Positions 9,199-19,900 of a DNA stretch of 64,000 nt are shown piece by piece. The DNA is from Candidatus Bipolaricaulota bacterium (GTDB lineage: Bacteria; Bipolaricaulota; Bipolaricaulia; RBG-16-55-9; DRXL01). The position numbers were made by a program, and so were the translations under genes. Positions within the stretch are counted from its first letter, which is position 1. Each line of letters begins with the position of its first letter. Under the pieces are notes generated by a model. The model saw only the letters and a list, made by a program, of their open reading frames with translations, was not told the origin of the DNA and did not search any database. The DNA lies in the NCBI GenBank assembly GCA_025060395.1, contig JANXCC010000005.1, forward strand, positions 7,745-71,744, in the 5' to 3' direction.

Positions 9199-10295
9199 TC
9201 GTTCTTACGCCGGCGCAGGAAGGTGGGGATATCCCAGTCGTCGGCGCGCGCGCGGTCCTTGCGGATGCTGCGTTCAACCTTTTCGATCAGCTCCTCTTCG
9301 TCTTCTTCGTCCCATAGATCGACGCCTCGCTCCCGCTTCTCTTCGTGAGAGAGCTCCTCTCGCTCCTTGAATCCCGTCGCAATAACGGTGATGCGCACGC
9401 GCTCGAACCCCTCTCGCACTACTGCCCCAAAGAAGATATCGGCTTGATCAGAGAGCGTCTCCTTGATGAGCGAGGCCGCTTCGGTGACTTCTTCCAGGGA
9501 GAGATCTGGGCCACCGGTGATATTGAGAATGAGCTTTTGAGCGCCTTCGATAGACCCTTCCAAAAGCGGGCTGGTGATCGCATTGCGCGCGGCATCGCGG
9601 GTGCGGTTCTCCCCTTCCCCTTCGCCAATCCCCATAAGCGCCGTTCCGGCGTTGCGCATCGTGGCCTCGATATCAGCAAAATCGAGATTGATCATCCCTG
9701 GGGTGGTAATGAGATCGGAGATCCCTTGAATTCCCTGGCGCAAGATCTCATCGGCCAATTCGAAGGCCTTGACCAAGGGCATATCTGGGGGGGCGACTTT
9801 GAGCAAGCGATCGTTGGGGATGGCGATGAGCGTGTCGACATACTGTTTGAGCTCTTCGATGCCCTTCTTGGCGCGCTCAGCGCGCAGCCGTCCCTCAAAC
9901 GAGAACGGCTTGGTCACGATCGCTACGGTCAGCACTCCGGCCTCCCGCGCCAAGCGCGCGATCACTGGTGCAGCCCCGGTGCCGGTGCCCCCACCCATGC
10001 CCGCCGTCAGAAAGACCATATCTGTATCTTCTAGGAGCGCTGCCAGCTCGGCCTCGGACTCCTCAGCGGCTTTGCGCCCGATCTCTGGGTTCCCTCCAGC
10101 CCCCAATCCCGCGGTGAGCTTAGCCCCAATTTGTACGGTCCGATCCGCTTCGATGATCGAGAGCACCTGGGCATCGGTGTTGACCGCGATCAGTTCAACA
10201 TCCTTGATCTTGGCTTTCTTCATGCGGTCGATGGCGTTCCCACCGCCACCCCCTACCCCGATCACTTTGATCCGTGCCAATCCGCCTCGGCTCAT
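9195..10295 (-). CDS. ftsZ: cell division protein FtsZ
   Basis: IKVIGVGGGGGNA, the tubulin signature GGGTGTGAAPV, and NLDFAD. Confidence 0.95.
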   Translation of the reverse strand: MSRGGLARIKVIGVGGGGGNAIDRMKKAKIKDVELIAVNTDAQVLSIIEADRTVQIGAKLTAGLGAGGNPEIGRKAAEESEAELAALLEDTDMVFLTAGMGGGTGTGAAPVIARLAREAGVLTVAIVTKPFSFEGRLRAERAKKGIEELKQYVDTLIAIPNDRLLKVAPPDMPLVKAFELADEILRQGIQGISDLITTPGMINLDFADIEATMRNAGTALMGIGEGEGENRTRDAARNAITSPLLEGSIEGAQKLILNITGGPDLSLEEVTEAASLIKETLSDQADIFFGAVVREGFERVRITVIATGFKEREELSHEEKRERGVDLWDEEDEEELIEKVERSIRKDRARADDWDIPTFLRRRKND

Positions 10296-10303
10296 ACAAC
10301 CCC

Positions 10304-11602
10304 CTAACCTCGGAAGAACCGGTTGAGCCAGCGCAGGAGCCTCTCGAACACCCCACTGAGCCCTCGTCCTGAGGAACGAGTCGCACTCCAGTAGCGGCGC
10401 CTCTCACGATAGCGGTATTCCTTGGATTCGACAGCATACTTCACAAGGCCGATGACTGTGGAGTAGATAGGGCTTTCCACGATATCACGCAGCCCATGAA
10501 TCCCCTGGGGAGGACGACCGCGCCGCACGGCGATATCATATCGCTCGGAGACAAATTCTGGCAGCCCCTTCAAGAGCGAAGTTCCCCCGGTCAGGACGAT
10601 CCCCGCAGGAATGAGATCCCGATAGCCGACGTCCTCAATCTCTCCCATCGCCAGATCAAAGAGCTCCTCCAGGCGCGGCTCGATGATCTTGGCTAGCTTC
10701 CTCTTCGAGATGAGCTTCTTCTCTTCGCTGATTGTGGTGATCTCGATGCGCTCTTCCTCCGCAGCCTCATCGGTGAGCCGGGGCAACCCCTCTTGGATCT
10801 TGATCCGTTCGGCCTCTTCGTAGCTGACCCGAAGCCCCACACTAATATCATTTGTGATATGCTCGCCAGCAATAGGAAGGATCTTACTGAACCAGATGTC
10901 CCCGTCGCGGAAGATCGCTATGTCGGTCGTTCCTCCCCCGATGTCCATAAGCACTACCCCGAGCTCCTTCTCCGCCTCGGTGAGCACTGCATACGACGAC
11001 GCTAAGGGTTGCAACACGATCTGCTCGACTGCAATCCCTAAGTTCTCCACACAGCGGCGGATATTATGGACCGCTGTGATCGAGCCGGTGACGATGTGCA
11101 CATCGACTTCGAGGCGGGTTCCCGTCATGCCCACAGGATCAGTAATCCCTTCTTGCCCGTCTACGATATATTGACGGGGGATCACGTGAATCAGCTGACT
11201 GTCTGGAGCGATTTGGACGGCTTGGGCTGTCTCAAGGACGCGTTGGACGTCCTCAACGGTGATGATGCGGTTTTCACGAGAGATCGAGACCGTTCCGGAG
11301 TTGTTGATGCTTTGAATATGTTTGCCGGCGATCCCAGCATAGACGCGCTCGATCTTGACATCGGCCATGTTCTCGGCCTCTTCGATGGCGCGCTTAATCG
11401 AGGCCGTCGTCTCGCCGATGTCGACGACGACGCCTTTCTCCAACCCGTGCGAAGGAGCTTTTCCCATCCCGATGATCTCGATCTGACCATCCTCGACATT
11501 GCAGACGAGCGCGACGACCTTCGTCGTGCCAATATCTAGGCCGACAATGATCTCCCCCATTCCCTCATCACCATCCTCACGGACGAGCTCGTTCACTGAC
11601 AA
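10304..11602 (-). CDS. ftsA: cell division protein FtsA
   Basis: Actin-like ATPase motifs (VGLDIGTTKV, DIGGGTTD) and a position between ftsQ and ftsZ. The true start may be the ATG at 11560 (MGEIIVGLDIGT). Confidence 0.9.
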   Translation of the reverse strand: MSVNELVREDGDEGMGEIIVGLDIGTTKVVALVCNVEDGQIEIIGMGKAPSHGLEKGVVVDIGETTASIKRAIEEAENMADVKIERVYAGIAGKHIQSINNSGTVSISRENRIITVEDVQRVLETAQAVQIAPDSQLIHVIPRQYIVDGQEGITDPVGMTGTRLEVDVHIVTGSITAVHNIRRCVENLGIAVEQIVLQPLASSYAVLTEAEKELGVVLMDIGGGTTDIAIFRDGDIWFSKILPIAGEHITNDISVGLRVSYEEAERIKIQEGLPRLTDEAAEEERIEITTISEEKKLISKRKLAKIIEPRLEELFDLAMGEIEDVGYRDLIPAGIVLTGGTSLLKGLPEFVSERYDIAVRRGRPPQGIHGLRDIVESPIYSTVIGLVKYAVESKEYRYRERRRYWSATRSSGRGLSGVFERLLRWLNRFFRG

Positions 11603-12260
11603 TAAGTACCCGTTCCCACCGCAGATCGATCCGGTGCACGCGGCGTTCCGCCAGGAGGCTGAAGACCCGCTGCAGCTTCATCAGTGCTCCCCGAACGTCA
11701 TAGATACGCATGAGGACGTCCGGACCATTTCGGAAAGACAGAATCATAGTGCTCCCTTCGAATCGCACGGTTGTGATCGCATTGAGGAGATTGCCCGGGC
11801 TGGTCATAAGAGCGTGCAAGGGGACGAGGTAAAAGGGCTCGGCGAGGCGACGGCCTCGAGCTGTCTCGACCGTCTGAGGCTCGACGAGGATCGGACCGAA
11901 GCCTCCTAGGGCCTCGGCATAGAAGACCCCCTCGGTGTCGACCCAATAGAGCTTCCGCCCTAAGCGAGCCAGAATCAAGGGCTCGCGCTCCTGTATGAGA
12001 ATCTCTATACGTGCCCATACTCTCTTGGTGACGAGAGCCTCACGGACGTCAGGGAGGCGTAAGAGAGCCTCTCTGGCGGCTTGGGTATCAGCCGTCAGCC
12101 AATTCATCCCCACCGTAATGGGCAAGCTCTGCAGGACCGTCTCGGCTTGGATCCTCTCACCACCCTCGACGGTGATCTCTCGTACCACCAGGGACTTGTG
12201 CCACGGTAGCGCCAGCACAAGCCCGATGATCGCTACTATGAAGAATACTGTACGCCGCAC
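11577..12260 (-). CDS. ftsQ: cell division protein FtsQ (POTRA domain)
   Basis: N-terminal TM helix followed by a POTRA-like segment (VREITVEGGERIQAETV). Position is between murB and ftsA. Confidence 0.75.
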   Translation of the reverse strand: MRRTVFFIVAIIGLVLALPWHKSLVVREITVEGGERIQAETVLQSLPITVGMNWLTADTQAAREALLRLPDVREALVTKRVWARIEILIQEREPLILARLGRKLYWVDTEGVFYAEALGGFGPILVEPQTVETARGRRLAEPFYLVPLHALMTSPGNLLNAITTVRFEGSTMILSFRNGPDVLMRIYDVRGALMKLQRVFSLLAERRVHRIDLRWERVLIVSERARP

Positions 12261-13156
12261 GTCCCAACGACGGCGAGCTCCAGCTTCAACTCCACCCCAT
12301 AGTATTTAAGCACAACCGACCGGGCGATGTCAATTAGCTGGAGGACATCGTGACTTGTCGCCCCCCCTTCGTTGACGATAAAATTCGCATGCTTTGGGGA
12401 GATTCGCGCGCCTCCTACCCGGTATCCTTTCAGCCCGGCTTGGTCGATGAGTTGTCCTGCCGTCGCCCCCACCCCCACTGGGTTGCGAAAGACACACCCT
12501 GGACTGGGTACCCCCAGGGGTTGGCGCTCCCTGCGCCGCCTCAGTAACTCCTCTCCATCCCACACTCTCCCTCTTCCTAAGGCGAATTCCCCTTCTATAA
12601 CTATGAGCCGTTCGTGCTGAAACCGGCTCGACCGGTAGCCGAACTGACACTCATCTCCCTTAAGCGTAATGAATTTTCCGTCAAAAGTCAATGCCTTGAC
12701 CCGGGTCACGATGTCGGAGACGGTTCCTTCCGGAATGCCCGCATTCATGACCAAAGCCCCTCCGACGCTTCCCGGGATGCCCACAAGAAAATCGAACTCG
12801 CGCAAGCCTAAGGAACGCACATGGGAGACAAGCGCTGCAAGGCTAGCTCCCGCTTGGGCGCACACCGAGTTTTGGAGAGTCTGGATAGTGCCGAGCTTAG
12901 GCCCTAGCTTGATGATCACACCGCGGTAGCCCTCATCGAGAAAGAGCACGTTGGTGCCGTTTCCTAAAACGAGCCATGGTAAGCCATGCTCGCGGATGAA
13001 CGCTAAGGTCTCTAGGAGATCTTCAACGGAGGCAGGGACCACAAAGTAATCGGCCGGGCCGCCGATGCGTAGCGACGTATGGCGAGCTAAGGGTTCACGA
13101 GTTTTGACGACGCCACGCAGTCGCCTTTGAAGCTCGCTAGCGAGCTTCTCCTCCAT
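12236..13156 (-). CDS. murB: UDP-N-acetylenolpyruvoylglucosamine reductase
   Basis: LARHTSLRIGGPADYF, GNGTNVL and a C-terminal GGARISPKHANFIVN. I prefer the internal ATG at 13156 of track ORF 12236..13336; the longer form is a read-through of the murC 3' end. Confidence 0.9.
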   Translation of the reverse strand: MEEKLASELQRRLRGVVKTREPLARHTSLRIGGPADYFVVPASVEDLLETLAFIREHGLPWLVLGNGTNVLFLDEGYRGVIIKLGPKLGTIQTLQNSVCAQAGASLAALVSHVRSLGLREFDFLVGIPGSVGGALVMNAGIPEGTVSDIVTRVKALTFDGKFITLKGDECQFGYRSSRFQHERLIVIEGEFALGRGRVWDGEELLRRRRERQPLGVPSPGCVFRNPVGVGATAGQLIDQAGLKGYRVGGARISPKHANFIVNEGGATSHDVLQLIDIARSVVLKYYGVELKLELAVVGTCGVQYSS

Positions 13157-14534
13157 GGTCTCCCCCTTTCTGCTCGTTCCATGCTTGGGCGAGGCGAAAG
13201 AGTTCTTGGCCCAGATCGCCCGCGCCAAAGCCAATGACGAAGTCCCCAGGACGTAGGAGCTGCCGGACGCGGAGGACAAAATCCTCTCCGCGAGGCACAT
13301 AGGTGACGTCTCGATGGCGACGTCGCAGGTCCTCAAGGATCAGGTCGATTCCTACCCCTGGGATCGGACGCTCGAACGCGGGATAGATATCGGTGAGGAT
13401 GACCGTATCAGCGAGATCGAAAGCGGTGCTAAACTCCCGACCCAAATAGCACGTGCGTGTGAAGCGATGGGGTTGGAAGAGCGCGACGATCCGCGTGGAG
13501 TGCCAGCTTCGCCGGATCGCCTGGAGGTTGCGTTGGATCTGTTCGGGCAGGTGGGCATAATCGTCGACGATCGTGATACCGTTGGTAATGAGGACTTGGA
13601 AGCGTCTCTCCGGGAGCTGAAAATCTCTCAAGTAGGCGGTCATATCTGCAAAGGGGAGTCCAAGAGAGTAGCCAACAAGCAAGGCTGCTAGGGCATTATA
13701 GACGTTATGGATACCAGGGGCATGCAACAATTCGAGCCGTCCAGCATGACGCCCACGCCACGAGATCTCGCACATCGTATGGAACTGGGAGAAGACGAGA
13801 TCGTAGGCTACCAAGTCTGCTGGGCGCTCGATACTATACGTGAGGGCCGTAGGGATGCAATCGACGATAGCGCGCTGAGCCCCCGGGTCATCGGCACAGG
13901 TGATACAGAGCTCACTGCGGTGAGCAAAGCGCGTGAAGGTCTCTTGGAGAGCCGTCTCACTGCCATAGAAATTGAGATGATCTCGCCCGATATTGGTGAT
14001 CACAGCAATGTTGGGACGGAGCTGCACGAAGCGTCCATCGCTCTCGCAGACTTCAGCGACAAGATGGCGTCCTAGGCCAAGGCGAGCGTGAGTGCCCAAT
14101 GTTGGGGAGGCCGCGCCGATCACAAACGTCGGGTCGAGCCAAGCGCGCTCCAGAAGCGTGGCGATCATGGCTGCTGTAGTAGTCTTGCCGTGGGTGCCTG
14201 TTACTGCGATGGTGTAGCGGGACCTGACCAGCTCGTTCAAGAGATCGAAGCGATGGAGGATAGGGAGTCCGAGTCGGTGCGCTTCGAGCAGTTCGATGTT
14301 CTCCGGGGGAATAGCGGAGGAGACGACCAGATGGGTGGTGTTTTGGAGATGGGCGCGCTCATGCCCAATCGTGATGGGGATGCCAAGGGCGCGGAGTTGT
14401 TTAGTCCGTCGGTTCTCTTCGATATTGCAGCCGGTGACGCGCCATCCCAGCTCAGAATAGACTTTGGCCAGCCCACTCATACCATCGCCGCCGATTCCAA
14501 GGAAATGGAGCTGTATTGTGCTCTTTGGTCGCAT
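13137..14534 (-). CDS. murC: UDP-N-acetylmuramate--L-alanine ligase
   Basis: HFLGIGGDGMSGLA and the Mur-ligase P-loop GTHGKTTT. Confidence 0.9.
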   Translation of the reverse strand: MRPKSTIQLHFLGIGGDGMSGLAKVYSELGWRVTGCNIEENRRTKQLRALGIPITIGHERAHLQNTTHLVVSSAIPPENIELLEAHRLGLPILHRFDLLNELVRSRYTIAVTGTHGKTTTAAMIATLLERAWLDPTFVIGAASPTLGTHARLGLGRHLVAEVCESDGRFVQLRPNIAVITNIGRDHLNFYGSETALQETFTRFAHRSELCITCADDPGAQRAIVDCIPTALTYSIERPADLVAYDLVFSQFHTMCEISWRGRHAGRLELLHAPGIHNVYNALAALLVGYSLGLPFADMTAYLRDFQLPERRFQVLITNGITIVDDYAHLPEQIQRNLQAIRRSWHSTRIVALFQPHRFTRTCYLGREFSTAFDLADTVILTDIYPAFERPIPGVGIDLILEDLRRRHRDVTYVPRGEDFVLRVRQLLRPGDFVIGFGAGDLGQELFRLAQAWNEQKGGDHGGEAR

Positions 14535-15594
14535 CGCAAAGCACCTCGCACACGAGAGAGTTCAAGGTGCTCTCACCCCGCCCTCTCTGGAGGGTAGAGG
14601 GTTTGAGGGTGAGAGCCTTCTGGATCTCTTCAACGAGTCGTTGAGGGGTAAGCTCAGCCTCTGGGACTATAGAAAAGATTCCGAGATGGGCGTAGGACGT
14701 GGCGTTTGCTGTCTGATGATCATTGGCAGCCCCCGGCCAAGGGATAACTATAGCGGGCTTCCCGATAGCCGCCAGTTCAGCGAGGGTTGCAGCGCCCCCG
14801 CGACAGATCACGACATCAGCCGTAGCCAGGGCGGTGCCCATCTCATGAATATAGGGGACAAGAAGACACGTAGCCCTTGGCCCCTTCCGGGCGCTCTGCG
14901 CGAACGCCTGATCCCCTGTGACAATCAAGAACTGAACTTCTGGAAGAAAGTCTAGCATCGTCAACGCGATGTTCGTGAGGACTCGTGATCCCCTACTGCC
15001 TCCAAAGACGAGCACGGTCTTTCTTCCGGGAAGCAGTCCGAATCGCTGGGGATCGGGACGAGCGGAGAGAATCTCTAGACGGATAGGCAATCCCGTCACG
15101 ACGACGGACTGAGCTCGGAGATAGCGAGCTGTCTGGGGATATGTGAGAAAGACCTTCCTGGCCCAAGGGGCGAAGAGTCGAGTCACTAGGCCGGGGATGA
15201 GGTTCTGCTCGTGAAGAAAGATCGGGATTCTCAAGAGAGTTCCCCACAATAGCGGGGCAAACGCTCCATATCCCCCAAAGCCAATGATTGCTATGGGACG
15301 CACTCTTAAGACGATACACAGCGCATGGACGAGCGCGACTGGTAGTTGAGCTAGGGCCAAAAGCGCCCAAAAGGCCCAGAGAGGGCGCTGGCCTGGTCGC
15401 GTAATCCCCCGGATAGGAAGCTGATAAAACTCAATCCAGGGGTACCGTGGCAGCACCTGGGTCTCAAGCCCATAGCGGCTGCCCACGTAGACGAGCCGGG
15501 AATCCGGCTCAGCGCGCCGTAACCCCTCCAGCGTAGCGAGAGCGGGGTAGAGATGGCCTCCTGTCCCGCCCCCACAGACGAGAAATGTCTTCAT
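14452..15594 (-). CDS. murG: undecaprenyldiphospho-muramoylpentapeptide beta-N-acetylglucosaminyltransferase
   Basis: GGGTGGHLYPALA N-terminus and a C-terminal GT28 domain (RGGAATLAELAAIGKPAIVIP). Confidence 0.9.
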   Translation of the reverse strand: MKTFLVCGGGTGGHLYPALATLEGLRRAEPDSRLVYVGSRYGLETQVLPRYPWIEFYQLPIRGITRPGQRPLWAFWALLALAQLPVALVHALCIVLRVRPIAIIGFGGYGAFAPLLWGTLLRIPIFLHEQNLIPGLVTRLFAPWARKVFLTYPQTARYLRAQSVVVTGLPIRLEILSARPDPQRFGLLPGRKTVLVFGGSRGSRVLTNIALTMLDFLPEVQFLIVTGDQAFAQSARKGPRATCLLVPYIHEMGTALATADVVICRGGAATLAELAAIGKPAIVIPWPGAANDHQTANATSYAHLGIFSIVPEAELTPQRLVEEIQKALTLKPSTLQRGRGESTLNSLVCEVLCDATKEHNTAPFPWNRRRWYEWAGQSLF

Positions 15595-16669
15595 GCGATC
15601 CCCTCTGCGCGATATTAAGCAAGGTCCCTACCATGGCACACGAGATCATCAAAGACGATCCTCCATAGCTGATAAAGGGGAGCGTCAAGCCTGTTACGGG
15701 CAGTAGCCCTGTGGCCACTCCTATATTGATGGCCGCCTGCGCAGCAAGAGTAAAAGTTATCCCCGAGGCCAAAAGCGTTCCAAACCGATCTGGAGCGCGA
15801 GAGGCGATTACATACCCTTCCCACGCAAGATACGCAAAGAGTCCTATGACAAAGAGCCCGCCGATCAACCCTAGCTCCTCCCCAATGATCGCGAAGATAA
15901 AATCGTTATACGGCTCTGGAAGGAAGAGCAACTTGGCACGGCTCTCCCCCAAGCCCCGGCCAAAGATCCCTCCAGACCCAAGAGCTGTTAGAGACTGAAT
16001 GAGTTGGTACCCTTCCGTCGTGCTGTATTGGAACGGGTCTAAAAACGCCAAGATCCGACTGAAGCGATAGGGCGTTGTGATCAACAGCAGGGCCAAGGCG
16101 GGTATCACGGCGCAGAGCACCCCACAGAGATGGCTTAGCCGCGCACCTCCGATAAACAGCATATACAGAACGATAAGCAAGAAGATCATGGCCATAGCAA
16201 AGTCCGACTGCTTCAAGGCGATGAGGACTGCGATTGTCGTTACTACGAGCATCGGCAAGACCCCTTGAGAGAATTCTTTGATGAGTTCTCCTTTGCGGAT
16301 AGCAAAGGCTGCACTCGCGACGATCAAAGCGAATTTCACAAACTCTGTCGGCTGGAGCTGGAATGGCCCGGGCAGGCGTAGCCAGCTTCCCCGAACGCTT
16401 AGGCCAGGAATGAGCGTCAGGAGAGCAAGCCCAAGGGTCGTCAGCAAGAGTATGTGGTCTATCTTCAAGAAGACATGGTAGTCTATCTTGGAACACCCCC
16501 ATAAGGCGACGAGCCCGAGAGCTAAAGCCACCACGTGCTTGACCAGGAGATACGAAGGGCGCTCATAGCGGAGTGTGGCGATGGGCAAGCTCGCGCTAGC
16601 GACCATGACCACGCCCACAAGAGCCAGAGCGAGGACAACAGCGATGAGCCGTGATCTTCCCACATCCAC
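15509..16669 (-). CDS. ftsW: SEDS-family peptidoglycan polymerase / lipid II flippase FtsW
   Basis: About 10 TM helices, with LQPTEFVKFALI, EPYNDFIFA and LPFISYGGSS motifs. Confidence 0.9.
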   Translation of the reverse strand: MDVGRSRLIAVVLALALVGVVMVASASLPIATLRYERPSYLLVKHVVALALGLVALWGCSKIDYHVFLKIDHILLLTTLGLALLTLIPGLSVRGSWLRLPGPFQLQPTEFVKFALIVASAAFAIRKGELIKEFSQGVLPMLVVTTIAVLIALKQSDFAMAMIFLLIVLYMLFIGGARLSHLCGVLCAVIPALALLLITTPYRFSRILAFLDPFQYSTTEGYQLIQSLTALGSGGIFGRGLGESRAKLLFLPEPYNDFIFAIIGEELGLIGGLFVIGLFAYLAWEGYVIASRAPDRFGTLLASGITFTLAAQAAINIGVATGLLPVTGLTLPFISYGGSSLMISCAMVGTLLNIAQRGSHEDISRLWGRDRRPSLPRSRYAGGVTAR

Positions 16670-16799
16670 ACCTCCCCTGAGCGTTCCTTGTTATACGTGA
16701 TGGGAAGAGGCTTCTGAAGGACTGCTGTCGAGACCTTCGCTGGGGATTTGTCTGGCTGGGACGGGACGGGTGTCCTCGATCCTCTGACTCTACTCAGAA

Positions 16800-16910
16800 G
16801 AGAGAGGGCCTTAACCGCAGCTGATGCATCCTTCCCGCAGGGCCTGGGCGGGGTCTCCCTCAAGCAGCCTCTGGGGACACGGTTCGATCACCGGGTTAAG
16901 GCCCTCTCTC
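16800..16910. repeat. 111-nt element closed by a perfect 17-bp inverted repeat (GAGAGAGGGCCTTAACC ... GGTTAAGGCCCTCTCTC)
   Basis: The arms lie at 16800-16816 and 16894-16910. The 77-nt interior contains further hairpins (CCCGC/GCGGG, GUCUCCC/GGGGAC). It sits in the 271-nt gap between the CARDB gene stop (16941) and the ftsW start (16669). Confidence 0.7.
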
Positions 16911-16940
16911 ATCTTACTCGATTGCGCCAAGGCTTGCCAT

Positions 16941-19900
16941 TCAGTTGACGGTGAGGAAGATCACTAATCGATTATTGGTCTCATCCGGTTCGGAGATCCG
17001 GTTCTCTGGGTCTACCGTCACAGTGATCTCGTAGGTCCCTGGCGTCAAGGTGAGCGTGTTCAATTGGGTTATGAGAGTCGTTTTCGCGCCGCCCTCTAAG
17101 CTCGGCACGGTCTGACGACTAAAGGCCACCTCCGTCCCTGGAGCTCCCAGCAGATTGCGATAGCTAAACTCGACGGCGAACGGCCCCGAGGGCGCGGCCC
17201 CTAGATTTGCGATCACCGCGGAGAACCGCACCACCTGACCACGTGACACAAGCGGATGACTAGCCGTTAAGCTGAGCACTGCGAGGTCGACTAGCCCTGT
17301 GGGAACGCCGATGGTCACTCGAGCTGTTTGCACGTTATTAATCTCGTTGAGTTCCGGGATCACGTTTTCTGGATCGAGGGTGACGCGGATCTCATAGAGT
17401 CCTGCAGCGAGATTGCGGGTATCGAGCTCGGCTTTGACTTGCTTGGCCTTCTCCGGCCCCACTTCAAGTTCAGCAACGATCGCGGTGCCGAAGGCTCTAA
17501 ACTCTGGGCTGGGCTGAGTGGGATCGTCGACGCGACGGAAGGCAAACTCGACCTTGAAGGCACGGGTCGTCCGTCCTGCTCCGATGTTCTGAATATCGGC
17601 GAAGACTCCTAAGGCCGTACCGATGGGGACAGGTCCACTGGGCTGGAAGACCAGGGGCTCGCGGAAGGTCAGATCGGGCTTTCCTATTAGTATCACTTGG
17701 GAGCCGCGAGGAGCGCGAGGCCCCCCAATAGTATTGTTCTGTTCGCTGACTTCTTCAACGCGCCCATAGGGTAGATCTGGCGTAGGGGGATCGACGATGA
17801 CCCCGATCTCATAGACCCCTGGCGTGAATGTCTCCGTGCTCACTTGTGTCTTGGCGACGAACTCATCGGTCAACCCCAGGCCGGTGGCGCGGGAGCGCGT
17901 CCCGATCTCTGCACAGGGTTGTTGAGAGAAGTACTCTCGGATACAGAAGGCTACGTCAAAGCCTCCGGCAGCAATTTGCCCGGTGTTTCGCACGGTGATC
18001 TCAAGCTCAAGCAACTCGCCTTGTGTGATCTCAAGGCTGGGTGGCGCAAAAGGAATCTCAGGAGTAGTGGGACGTCTGACTTTGAGGGTCGCGCGATCGG
18101 GCACAAGATCCGGCCCGAAGATGAGCAGGGCCTGCCCTGGCCCTGGTTGGCCTGGAATCCCGGTGCCACTTGTAGCAGTGTTATTCGCTTCGTTCTGTTC
18201 TTCTATACGGTTCTGTGGGTCTACAGTCACCGTCAACTCATAGAAGCCAGGACGCACCGGCGGGCCCGTCTCTAGGCGACACTGAGCCGTGAACTTTCCA
18301 CCCGGCATCAAGGAAGGCACTGAGATCTTGTCAAAGATCACAGGAACCCCTGTGACGTCTTCGAGGCGGCGATAGGCACAGTGGGCTTCAGACGGTTGCG
18401 CTGGGGCATCCCCGATGTTTTCAAAGGTCAAGAGGATGCGTACAAGCTGTCCTCGATGAGCCGTCAGTGACGGCGGATCAAAAGCAAGCTCCGTGATTGC
18501 CAGATCGGGTCGGCGCGGCCGAATGACGCGTAAGCCAATAACCATCTCATTGTTGGTCTCATCGAGTTCGGCAACGCGCCCTTGAGGATCCACGACGACG
18601 CGAACTTCATACGCTCCAGGGGACAGCGAAGGCAGTTGCGCTTGCGCGATCAACTCAGCAGTGGGGTTGAGTCTATTACTAGTGCAGTTGGCTGTGCACG
18701 GGATGGGATTCCAGCGTAGACGTCCGACTTCACGCACTGAGAACTCCACATCAAACCCTTCAGCAACTGTCATGCCGTTGTTGAGGATCTCAGCGGTGAC
18801 TGTGCCCTTCCCTTGCTCGAGAGGCGATGCTGGGGTCACAAACAAGCTCTTCGGGGTCAGCTCTGGTAAGCGTGGCAAGGGGGGCTGCAAGGTCAGGGCT
18901 GTTGTTAAGACGTTATTCGATTCATCGAGCTCACTGATGCGATCATCAGGATCGACGACGACCTGGAGTTCATGGACACCTGGCTGCAAGGAGAGCTCTG
19001 CTGTTTTAAGAGTGACCTGGACAACCTGACGCCCTGGTTCTCCGGTAGAGGCCCTGGCTGCTATCTCCGGCAGAGTAACAGTTGCGAAACGCCGTCCGTT
19101 CATCACGAAGGTTATGGTGACGTCACTGGCTGGGGCATCGCCGGCGTTGGCGATCTGGGCGGTGACGAGGGCTTCGTCGCCAATTCGGATTAGAGTTGGC
19201 GTCAGCACCAAGCTCTCGGGATAGAGTTCCGGCCCCTTGACCATAAGATAGGCCGTCAGGGTGTTGTTTGCTTCGTCCTGTTCTTCAACGGCCCCGCTGG
19301 GCTGCTCTTTGCTGACGGGATCGAGCTGAACATGGATAAGATATGTTCCGGGCTCGAGTTGGGCTATGATGGGGAGGCGAGGATTGGGAAACTCAGCCTT
19401 CACAAAACGTTCTTCTCTTGGCTTCAGTCCTTCAGCGATAGTCACCCGCGCAAATTCGGTCAACTGATTACAAGCGCTCCGCGGTGCTGGGAGCTTACAG
19501 AAGAGATACTGCACATCGAATGCGCCGGAATCGACAGGACCACCGTTGCGGATGATCGCTGTCGCTGTTGTCCTACCGTTAGTGTCGAGTGGGGATGGGG
19601 GATCGAACGTCAGCGCGATGGGGAGGAGATCGGGTTTATTGAGTCGCGACGGCCGAATCTGCAAGCCCACGATCAGCTCGTTGTTCGTCTCGTCTTCTTC
19701 AGAGATTTGATTGGTGGAGTCGACCACGACCCGGATCTCATAATTGCCCGGCTCGATTTCGACTTTCGAGGTGTCGAGCGTGCCCTCGACAGTGATTGCT
19801 TGATCGCGCGGGCTCAGCCCTTGGGATAAAATGACAAGCCCCTTACCGTCGGGAAAGCTCACCCAGGGGCGAGTGGGATCACTCTTGAGTCGATAGAAGA

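Noticed and set aside
14452-15594. Unusually long same-strand gene overlaps could be frameshift errors or fusion genes: ftsW/murG 86 nt, murG/murC 83 nt, folK/rng about 90 nt.
   Set aside because: In each pair both proteins have complete conserved cores. The overlapping tails are low-complexity extensions produced because the upstream frame meets no stop in GC-rich sequence. Nothing indicates a fused product.
16880-16893. A GGTTCGATC string inside the inverted-repeat element resembles a tRNA T-loop.
   Set aside because: No complementary T-stem, acceptor arm or anticodon arm can be drawn around it. It is not a tRNA or tRNA fragment.
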